A stretch of 63,996 nucleotides of DNA, counting the filler, from Octopus bimaculoides (lineage: Eukaryota), in NCBI RefSeq assembly GCF_001194135.2. It is 7 parts of 4 records of this genome, joined end to end, with 100 filler letters (N's around TTAATTAATTAA, not from the genome) between each part and the next. Parts side by side here need not be neighbours in the genome. Positions count along the whole stretch, not along the records: positions 36,423 to 48,968 come from NC_068986.1; positions 49,069 to 58,325 come from NC_068981.1; 5 more parts are not named here. The stretch is one strand, 5' to 3'. A program made the position numbers and the translations under genes. This document shows, piece after piece, positions 41,075 to 51,075 of this stretch. Each line of letters begins with the position of its first letter. Position 1 is the stretch's first letter. The notes beneath the pieces are model-generated. The model was given only the letters and a program-made list of their open reading frames with translations. It made no database searches and was not told the origin of the DNA.

Positions 41075-41246
41075 AGGCACAGGAATAACTGTGTGGTGAG
41101 TAGTTTGCTTACCAGCCACATGGTTCCGGGTTCAGTCCCACTACGTGATACTTTGGGCAAGTGTCTTCTACTATAGCTTCGGGCTGACCAAAGCCTTGTG
41201 AGTGGATTTAGTAGACGGAAACTGAAAGAAGCCCGTCGTATATATG

Positions 41247-41277
<31 letters not shown>

Positions 41278-41290
41278 ATGTGTTTGTGTG
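41075..41290 (+). mobile_element. SINE family B 5' half, running into a gap at its microsatellite
   Basis: GGTTCCGGGTTCAGTCCCACTACG...GACGGAAACTGAAAGAAGCCCGTCGTATATA. Confidence 0.85.
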
Positions 41291-43284
41291 NNNNNNNNNN
41301 NNNNNNNNNNNNNNNNNNNNNNNNNNNNNNNNNNNNNNNNNNNNNNNNNNNNNNNNNNNNNNNNNNNNNNNNNNNNNNNNNNNNNNNNNNNNNNNNNNNN
41401 NNNNNNNNNNNNNNNNNNNNNNNNNNNNNNNNNNNNNNNNNNNNNNNNNNNNNNNNNNNNNNNNNNNNNNNNNNNNNNNNNNNNNNNNNNNAGAACTGAG
41501 TAGAGAATTGTTTTTTAATTTTTTGAACCGTTGCGCCATCTGCAGCCGGAGTTATACACTCCTTGTATCAGTGTTATCATACTTGTGCAAGAGCAGCTAC
41601 GTCTCCATCATTTCCATCCTTCCGGGGCATTTCAGAATTCACATATACCATCTGTTTCAATAAAACAACTTTTACAAACCTTCTGTCTCTTACTCGTCCT
41701 TCAATTTTTCTACAGTCCTTCTCGTCCACACTAAGTTAAAGTTTTCCTACTCGCAATTCTTTTACCTTCTTTTTAAACCAAAACGCTAAAGTTGAGTCTA
41801 ATCACATCTGGTCGCCTAAAAACAGTAGTTTTGTCCTTGGTATCACCCATATATTTGTCCCCGTGATTTGAACCCGCCTCACCATCAACTACATTCCCGT
41901 TCTGCTCACCTCCCACCTGGCTACGTTTCTTCTGGTACCATCTTGATATTCCTCATATCTTTCTTTAACATGTCCTCCTCAGCTTCTGATGCAATCGCAA
42001 TATACTTCCCCATCCGGTCCATTTCTTTCACCCTTTGCTATATATAAACTGCGCCATTTGCTTCTTCCTGCTCTCATTGGTCCCTTCGTCAAGAATATTA
42101 CTAATCTACACGGAACCATGTCATTGATAGCTTTAATTGTATCTCCAAAACTGTAATCGCTACATTAAACGCCAAGTCTGTGGAAAAGAACGATCTGTAG
42201 CTAAAAAATGGTCGGAGATTAGTTAACCTCTATAAGAACAGAGTGACAAATACGCCAGTTAACGTACTAACAACCTGTCTCTTAAAACTGTGACCACCAC
42301 ATGAATTATCCAGGCCATTTCTACAATCACCATATTGTCTGTGGTCTTGAATAATGGTATTCCTGCTACCTGATTCCTTCAGGAACGATGGTTAACTTCT
42401 TGCTTCTTGATAACTAATTCTGCAAAGGCCAATAATTGGTTAGTTATTTCTGTTTCCACCCATCCAGACACGAATACTGGTCAATGTCCACACACTCACA
42501 TAGTTTCTCTAACATCGAAAAATACTTCGCTTACATGAAGAAAACATTTTTTTAAAATCTGTCCTTATGTCTTACATACACACATAGATCTTTTATCTGT
42601 TTCAGCCATTTAGACTGTGGCCATGCTGGGGCACTGCCTTGAAGAATTTTAGCCAATGGATTGAACCCAGTACTTATTTTCTAAAGTAAATTGTTGAAGT
42701 CTAGTACTTATTCTATCAGTCTGTTTTGCTGAACTGCTAGTTGGAAATGGCTGGTTTCAATACTAAAACATTAAAAATGCACTAGCTACCATGGGTAAGG
42801 GACATAACTTAGCTTTCTGAGTCCATGAGTTACCACCCCTTTTATTCGCCCAATCGTTGTGAACTATCAGACATTTCAGGCAGCCATTGCTGTATTTCAC
42901 AGCCTGATGAATACAACAGAAGGGGAAAACGAACTTGGCTTATTTTCATCCAGCATGAAAGCTGCTCATAAAATCCTCTGAAAGTACTGTATAAAGACCT
43001 TTTCAATCTCATACAAGAACTGAATAATGCCACAAGCTGATACTTGTTCAAACAATAACAATATATACATATACATCCATATATATACATAGTTGAATTA
43101 TTGGTGAAAGCATTTTGCTCTGATGATCTGATGAGCTAGCTATCGTTCTTTATTTGTATTAATTTGCGAATATATGATCCTATTTTATAATAGTAAGCAT
43201 ACACACAATTCTATATTTCAGAGATGAGGAATTATGTACGTTATTTACATTTGACAGATATTTGTCCTCATCTTCTTTGTTGTT

Positions 43285-43330
43285 AACACAACGTTTCAGC
43301 TGATATACCCTCCAGCCTTCATCAGGTGTC
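43285..43330 (-). ncRNA. Minimal type I hammerhead ribozyme motif (second copy, opposite strand)
   Basis: Reverse complement reads GACACCTGATGAAGGCTGGAGGGTATATCAGCTGAAACGTTGTGTT. It differs from the + copy by one loop base. Confidence 0.75.
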
Positions 43331-43557
43331 TTGGGGAAATTTCGAACCTGGCTTCTCATTCCTAAGGTATTTTTTAATCATCATCATGATGATGATGATG
43401 ATGATGATCATCATCATCAATTTCTTCTTCTTCTTCGTCGTCGTCTTCTTCTTCTTCTTCTTCTTCTTCTTCTTCTTCTCCTCCTCCTCATTATTATTAT
43501 TATTATTATTATTCAGGGCATATAGCGTAGTATACTGAGTTCGATTCCAGGCAGTGA

Positions 43558-43596
<39 letters not shown>

Positions 43597-43651
43597 CAAC
43601 AACATCGAAAAGTCCCTTAGGAATGAGAACACAGGTTCGAAATTTCTCCAA

Positions 43652-43697
43652 GACACCTGATGAAGGCTGCAGGGTATATCAGCTGAAACGTTGTGTT
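43652..43697 (+). ncRNA. Minimal type I hammerhead ribozyme motif
   Basis: GACAC-CUGAUGA-A-GGCUG(10 nt loop)CAGCU-GAAA-CG-U-U-GUGUU. Full catalytic core, 5-bp stem I, 5-bp stem II and a loop-less palindromic stem III (AACGUU), as in dimer-cleaving PLE hammerheads. Confidence 0.75.
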
Positions 43698-44084
43698 AAC
43701 AAGAAACAAGATGAGGACAAATATCCGTCAAATGTAAATAATGTAAATAAGTAAGCATACGTATCAATGCAAACATGGATGCATAATTTTCTCCGTACTG
43801 AAACTAATCACAGTAACACAGTACTGAGATTATTGTGTTTAATCTCATTATCAACCAGACAGTCAGATGCTGTCTTACACTGCTAGTCACAATGCGCTTC
43901 CAATTCTGTTTTAACTGTGCCATTTTTTTCCATCTTGATCCAAATTACTTCCCATAGTGAAAAAAGTCACGAAACAGCTGTAACTCCCTGGAAGTCATGT
44001 GGTTAAATAAATATATATTTATTTGTCATACCACCTGACTTTATGGTTTGGTATGCATACATACATACATATATATCCATTTCC

Positions 44085-44378
44085 GAACATGATCACTGCC
44101 AGACCTACCTGACTGGCTCCTGTGCTGGTGGCATGTAAAAAGCACCATTTTGAGCATTGGCTGTTGCCAGTACCGCCTGACTGGCCTTCGTGCGGGTGAC
44201 ACGTAAAAGCACCCACTACACACGCAGAGTGGTTGGCGTTAGGAAGGGCATCCAGCTGTAGAAACTCTGTCAAATCAGATTGGAGCCTGGTGTAGCCATC
44301 TGGTTCACCAGTCCTCAGTCAAATCGTCCAACCCATGCTAGCATGGAAAGCGTACGTTAAACGATGATGATGATGAAG
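44085..44378 (+). mobile_element. SINE/LINE-tail family E with (TGA)n tail
   Basis: GGTTGGCGTTAGGAAGGGCATCCAG...CGTTAAACGATGATGATG. A second copy lies on the minus strand at 48690-48940. Confidence 0.75.
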
Positions 44379-44569
44379 ATGTAAATAAAGTACAGGACAC
44401 AATATTATTTTACCAAAACCCTGGAAAAAATACCCTAAAAATAACAAATCTGCGTCCGTAGATATGTAAGGAGACGTAAGTGGTCATGCCGTCATATTTG
44501 GAACACTTTTGATCATAGAATCTCAAAACCACGTCCAACCCAACTCAGGGTTAAACAGTAAATACAACA

Positions 44570-44628
44570 TCAAACACAACAACAAAACAAACACAGATCT
44601 CGTTATTGTTTTAATATTTTTCTTTATT
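44570..44628 (-). terminator. Candidate polyadenylation signal of the FOG gene (AATAAA plus downstream GU-rich element)
   Basis: Minus-strand AATAAA at 44623-44628, a CA about 20 nt downstream, then TGTGTTTGTTTTGTTGTTGTGTTTG (44570-44596). About 0.8 kb after the stop codon. Confidence 0.5.
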
Positions 44629-44848
44629 TCCATATTGTTGTAAACAATATCAACTAACGTTATATATTTCATGCACACGCATTAAAAATATCTCAGATAC
44701 AGTTGCTGTTGTTGTTGTTGTTGTTGTTGTTGTTGCTGTATTTGTTGATGGTGGTGGTGGTGGTGGTGGTGGTGGTGGAGGTGAATGGCTTATAATACTC
44801 TGTGTGTGTTCATACAGTAATCTGTATATGTATATGTGTATGTGTATG

Positions 44849-44881
<33 letters not shown>

Positions 44882-45410
44882 CTGTATGTATATGTATGTG
44901 TCTGTTTTTCTTTGCTCTGTTTTGTTTTTTTCTTCTTTTTTTTTATAATTAATATTTTTTTAAATTTCAAATGTTTGTCTNNNNNNNNNNCAATTATAGA
45001 CATCAAATTTTACTCCTGAGTGTTCACAATGGACTCAGTATAAATTTTATTTGCTTAATATTATCATTATTATTATTATCATTATTAGTATTATTATTGT
45101 TGTCATCATCATTATTAACATTTTCAAATTTGTTTTAATTTATTTTATCATTTGTAATTTTTGTAATTTTTTCTTTTTTCTTTTTCTTTCACTCTCTTCG
45201 TCTCTCTTTTTAATTATTTGTCATTTTTATTATTATATCTCTTCAATTGTAAATTTTAATTTTATTTATTTATTCATTTTATTTTGTTTCATTTCTTTTC
45301 TTTTTTTTTTTTAATATACATTTCCTATTGAGGTTGTTTGTGTTTGTATGTGTGTGTGAGAGTCTGTATGAATTGCATGGACGCAATCCTTTAGTTAAAA
45401 AGCGAAATAT

Positions 45411-48409
45411 TTAAGCAGTCACAGATGGTTTCGGCTCTGTCGGAAATCGGGCACTACAATAATGTTTTTTGTGAGCTAAGAACGTCGCTAAGTAAGTAAA
45501 ACTAATATCACATTGCTGGCAATATTTGGAGAGATGCGTCTCTGGCACATGGTTAGAGGAAGTATCAGTTCTCTCCCCTTTCAAGTACTGGGATTTGTTA
45601 TATACATAGAGGGGTGACGATGTAGTGGCTAGGACAGATAAAGGAGCGGCAGTGGGGGAAGAAGGAGTGGAGGAGGGTCGGGGAGGAGACGGAGAGGTCT
45701 TGGGGGTATGGTTTGTGGAGGTTTCAAGTTTGGAATGTGGCGGAACAGAAGATTCTTCTTTTGGTGAGGACAGATTCAGACCGGTTTCTCTCTTTTCACT
45801 GCACTCTTCCTTCTCGGCCTCAATTTTCACACAAATATTAGCAATTTCCGACAAAGAAGGGCTGTTGCTTTGAGGCGGAGGCCCACTCATGTTATTCTCA
45901 GCTTTATCATAGCCATGGTCGATGGGTTCAGGTTTTACCTGGATTAAGGGGCTAATCGAAGGAGCCGTCTTAGTTTGGTGGTCGTTTGCGACAGCTTCTT
46001 CTGCACTATTCTGCACACCTGCAGACTGGAACGAATTCACTGCATTCTTCAGATTTCCATCTTTGCTGTCTTCATATTTTAGACAGAGAACGCTACTGTT
46101 GTAAGAAGACGTTTTCCGAGGTTGACTCAACGTTGGAGAGATTTCTCCAGATGTTTTTGGAAAACATTTTAAAGGGGTGCTGTTTGGATCAGCATTTTCT
46201 GTGTATTTGAATTTTTTCGATGTTATTGTAACATTTTGATCCAAACAAGAAGTAACATGGATATTGTGAAGTTGGCTGTTGCTGGGACTAGAATCTTCTA
46301 AGTCTTTGTTGTTATTCACAGATTTCGGCCTTGGAATCGTATGAGATACTAAAGGAGAAGTTCGGTGAATAGAATTATGCATCTGGAATGCTTTCATGTC
46401 ACTAAAAGTCTCCCCACATATCTTGCAAGCATGCAAAAGTTCGTGATTTGATATATCCATACGTTCGTAGGATTTTCGAGATCTTCTTCTTTTGTACGGC
46501 TCATTCTTCAGTCGAATCAATTCAGCTTCCATGTCTAAACTTCCAAACACATCAGACGTACCATTTTTGAAAGAAACTGGCAGAAGCGGTGGTTCTTCGA
46601 CCTCCAGGACATGTTTCTCATTAAATTCCTCACCGTTGTCTGTATGGGTCTTGCCGTGCATTCGCATGCCCCGTACAGTATTGCCACGGTAACCACACAA
46701 TAAACACTTGTAGCCTCGCGAAGAGGTGTGAGCTTTCATGTGCTCGGTCAGTTTGTTCTGAGTGGGGGCAACGTAATCACAATGTGGGCAGCGTACCATT
46801 GGGTTCTGCATATTAGCGGGACAGTAATGGTGACGGTATAACCTAGATGAAGTATACGAAGTGTGGCAGTGGTTGCAAGTGTAAAAACTGTCTTCCAAAG
46901 AGTTGTCATCTGCCTCACTGCAACTGCTTTCAGAATGACCATCGGCCTTGCATAAAATTAATGACTGTTCACTGTTCTTACCATGTGGACAATAATAATC
47001 TTTGTGGGCCTTTAGGGTCGATGCTGAACTGAACTTTATTTTACAAGGGACACAGTAATAGCTGAAATTAGCTTTCTTGTCAGAGTTCTCAGCAGACATC
47101 ACATGAGTTTTACTGCTGTTGTTTAGAAGATCGAGTTTCTCTTCACTGTTCAACGATACGGATGGTTTGTTGATGAGTTCAGGAGATTTCTTAGCAAGCA
47201 CCACACTGCTAGAATTGGACTCTGCCGCCTCACGCGGGGACAGTTTCGGTGATATTTGCGGCGATGTCTTCACAGCCCTCCTGCTGGCACAGTAGTGCTG
47301 CTTGTGGGCGATGAAATTCTCGTGTTTATAGAAGACAATGTTGCATTCCATGCACTTGCTGACATGCGCTGTTGCAGTCTGACCGCTTGGAGAAGTGATC
47401 AAAGCCGTTTGGTGTGGATACTGTTGAGCGGCTTGTTTGAAAAACTGGTTGAGAACGTTAGGTTCTGTGGTCGACCATGTTGTGGCAGCAATAGCAGCGG
47501 CTGCAGCAGTGGTGGTCGTGGTGGTAGCTGTAGTAGTAGTGGTGGCAGAACATGAAGAAGATGAAGCAGACGAGGCTGAAGAAGATGAAGAACTTTCAGA
47601 AACTGATTTTCTTTCTGCAGATGTGGAATCAAACTCTTCTTTGATTCGGTTCCTCGTATCTGAAGATTCTGAAACTGTTGGTGAAAGCGGTTCAACTGCG
47701 ACTTTCTCTTCTGATTTTGCATCGTCCTTCTTAGTACTTAAATCTAATGGTTGATCTTTGCTTGAATTCGACGTAGGAATGGTGGTTTGGTGGGCCTGGG
47801 CAGGCTGGGTGAGGTTAGCAGAAGAAACGACTGGTTGTACGATGACTGTTGGTACGGTAAATGCAAGGCTTGGGATGCCATTCGGTGCTAAAATAGGGGC
47901 TGCTACAATAACTGCCGTCTGCGTCGACAATACTGAGCTCCCCGCTGTCACATGATAAGGAACATTTGACAAATGATGAGTAACTGGCGTCAGTGAATTC
48001 ACGGGACTCTGCGATCCAATTTCAGGCTTATTTAATACATTTGGTGACTCTACTTTCCGAGTTTCCTTGTTCCGACGGGAACAATAAAATTTCTTGTGGC
48101 CTCTAAATGTATTCACGGAACTGAATTGAATGTTACATTCTTTACAAAATGTCTCAGATTTCAGAATTGGTTTATTCAGTGGGGTTTCTTCACATTCTTT
48201 TGCCGACCTGTTGTGTATTCTTCTGTGGCGGTTTAACCCAGAGAGTTTTTCTGCTGAGTAGGAACAACACGGACATTGGTATAGTTGACCAACTTTTATA
48301 GGTTTTGGAAGAGGAGATCCAGACTCTGTACAAGTATCGGATTCTTCAGCTTCGGATGCCAAGTGATCTGAATCCAAACGGATCTTTTTTGATCCTTCTT
48401 CATCAGAAC
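45411..48409 (-). CDS. ZFPM/FOG (ush-like): Terminal coding exon of a Friend-of-GATA (FOG/U-shaped, ZFPM-family) multi-zinc-finger transcriptional cofactor
   Basis: 988-aa open frame ending in TAA at 45411. Acceptor tttcttgcag|GT at 48410/48409 (phase 1) extends the frame by SDEEGSKKIR. Four FOG-type C-x2-C-x-I-x-F-x8-H-K-x2-Y-C fingers at 48081-48146, 47289-47354, 46989-47054 and 45456-45521. Four C2H2 fingers and one short finger. PLDLS CtBP motif at 47736-47750. KRRRSRKSYE motif at 46464-46496 resembles the basic-YE motif of FOG1/2. The track's 'M' at 48377 is a TTG inside the exon, not a start codon. Confidence 0.93.
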
Positions 48410-48689
48410 CTGCAAGAAATAAATGAAAGAAATAATTACGGTGATAATTAATACATTTTAATTATTTAGTTTGAACAAACATAAAAGTCATGAAAAATAG
48501 ATTAGTCTTGAATTCGATATAGCAAAGTTGTAATGTGCTTTTGGTGAGGGTTTACTAATCACATGAGGGTCCTATTTTGATTTAAGATACATGCATACGC
48601 ATGTATGTATGTATGTGTGTGTGTGTGTGTGTGTGTATTTGTGTAGCAATTGTTTCTCCATTATAGATAAGAATCATACATATGTCTTG

Positions 48690-48940
48690 GAATCATCATC
48701 ATCATCATCATCTTCATCATCATTTAACATCCATTGTCCATGCTGTCATGGGTTGGACGGTTTGACCAGGCTGGTATGCTGGAAGGCTGCACCAGACTCC
48801 AGTCTGATTTGGCATGGTTTTATATGGCTGGATGCCCTTCCTAACACCAACCACTCCGACAGTGTAATGGGTGCATTTGCGTGCCACCGGTAAGGGTGCC
48901 ATTTGCATGACACTGGGGTGCTTTTATGTGCCACTGGTGA
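48690..48940 (-). mobile_element. Family E copy in the FOG intron
   Basis: (CAT)n followed by TTTAACATCCATTGTCCATGCT...GGATGCCCTTCCTAACACCAACC. Confidence 0.75.
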
Positions 48941-49544
48941 TATCTCTATTTTACCAACCCTTAAAGAANNNNNNNNNNNNNNNNNNNNNNNNNNNNNNNN
49001 NNNNNNNNNNNNTTAATTAATTAANNNNNNNNNNNNNNNNNNNNNNNNNNNNNNNNNNNNNNNNNNNNGATGGTCTTCTCTTGGAAGAGCCCTGCTTCTC
49101 ACATGGACAACTGTATGTTGGCTGCTCAAGAGTGGGCAGCAAAAAAAACCTATCTGTATATGCTCCACAAGGGAAAACAAGGAACATTGTTTACAACGAG
49201 GTGTTATAATCACAACAGCAAGAAAGTATGTACCTGATCACCTTCTTTTACGAAACTTCATTGACTTTCATATATTTATATTGATATACATATATATACG
49301 TGTGCTTGGGTGCGTGTGTGTATATACATCTCTATATATAAAGATGATGCGTAGTCTAGACGGCGTTTTTAGATTTCATTATTCTCTTTAACTCGGGCAA
49401 CGCCGGGTATTTCTGCTAGTTAACTATGTAATATATATATACATATACATGCATACGTACGTACACACAGACACACACATATTTATGTGTATGTGTGTGT
49501 ACGTGTGCGTGCGTGTGTGTGTACGTGTGTGTGTATGCGTGCGC

Positions 49545-49588
<44 letters not shown>

Positions 49589-50877
49589 TGCTCACATAAA
49601 TGCATTCGTACATGCATGCATACTTACATACCTGAGATTATTGGAACAATTGTCGACCATTTGCCGTCATCACTTTTCATTAGCATTAGTCAATAAGTCT
49701 GTATTGCCATCTCATCACTAAAAGTAATTTCAATTAACTGACATGTTTTGGTTCACTACATTAAATATGTTGGCGCTTATTCAACCATTGTACTTCATGT
49801 GGCTCGCATCTTGAGGTAATTTTTATTCAGTCATTATATAAGCTTGCATAATGACGGTTGTGACTGTCGATTCACTAATTTTGTACTTAAATTACAGATC
49901 TAGTTGCCCCATATCATAGGCTCCTGCGATGAGGAAGAGATACAACAGTATAGCAAGACCAAAACAACCACCTCTTAGACACCGGCAGCACCTTGACAGA
50001 AGAACACAGCCTTGCGGGAGACTGAAGAGTCGCAGCTACTCGAGTCTATGTAACATCTTTCGTATCCTCACGAGCAAGGAAACTACTGATGCGGTGGTAT
50101 TTCATTGCTGATGAGGTGCGCAATGACCTCGACTGCTACAACGAAAGGTCTGTCGTCCGTTTGTGGTTCCAAGAAACCCGAGTCTTGACTTGCACCCGAA
50201 AGCACATAAGGTACCAGCACATCAAATTTTATGGTGATAACACCTATGCAATACGAGTGCCACTCTCTAAATATTCGAAACCACTAAAGTGGCACTGAGC
50301 AAGAATAAATAAATAAATAGATAAATAAATAAATATATAAATAATAGAAATGAAAAATGAAAATAAAAAGGCAAGATAGTCAGAGACTACAAACACCGCA
50401 GATTCCAATCGAGAGTATTCTTTTCCCATGTGCATTTACAGGCACATGTAAATACACTTATATATGTATACACGCACACACATGCGCACGCACGCACACA
50501 CATATGCACACACACCTACACACACATACATAATTGGCTAACCTTTGACTCTTAAAATCTCTTAGACAGGACTTGTTTTAGTCTCCGTCGTCCAGACTAC
50601 GCACAGATTGTACTGGTTTACATAATTTCCAGTAGCAAGTCTCTACTTTTCAGATATTTGATTAGGCATCAACACTTACATTTATATGCATATAAATAGG
50701 ACTATTCACAAATTCTGTTCATGATATTATATTTCAAGTTAACAAGAACGAGAGTTTGTTAATTCAAAAGTGAGTTGAGATGATTGTTGTTCTTTAACTT
50801 CAGGTCAGATAGAGCCGAGACGAATGATCAAAGGTGTTCCACACACGACCAGCCTGAGTTAATTTGAGGAATTTTAG

Positions 50878-51075
50878 GTGTAGGACTAAATTATTCGTAT
50901 CAGGACAATAACGCCCCCATAGAACAATTCCCCTGACGACAACTACCCCCTAGGACAATTACCCCCTTGGCTAATTATCCCCTTTCCAATATATTAAGAA
51001 GTTTTAAATCATCATCTGTTGTCCCAAGGAGTAATTGTCTTTGGGGTGGGGGTTGGGGTAAAATGTCTTAGATTC
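50878..51075. repeat. Degenerate GGACAATTACCCCC tandem array with an inverted partner, possibly a MITE
   Basis: About five direct units of ~17 bp at 50883-50965, and GGAGTAATTGTC / GGGGTAAAATGTC in inverted orientation at 51030-51067. Confidence 0.5.

Larger units (their letters stand above)
43203..43749. mobile_element. Palindromic Penelope-pLTR-like short element with two hammerhead motifs, flanked by an 11-bp direct repeat (TSD)
   Basis: Arms 43206-43370 and ~43612-43750 are near-perfect reverse complements. Spacer is mixed trinucleotide microsatellite plus a tRNA-like head. AGTAAGCATAC occurs at 43192-43202 and 43750-43760. Confidence 0.8.

Noticed and set aside
42898-42945. CTGATGA...GAAA hammerhead-like spacing
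   Set aside because: No stem II pairing, G at the cleavage position and only a 3-bp stem I.
45625-47955. Antisense and alternate-frame ORFs overlapping the FOG exon
   Set aside because: These are expected shadows of a long, low-complexity coding exon.
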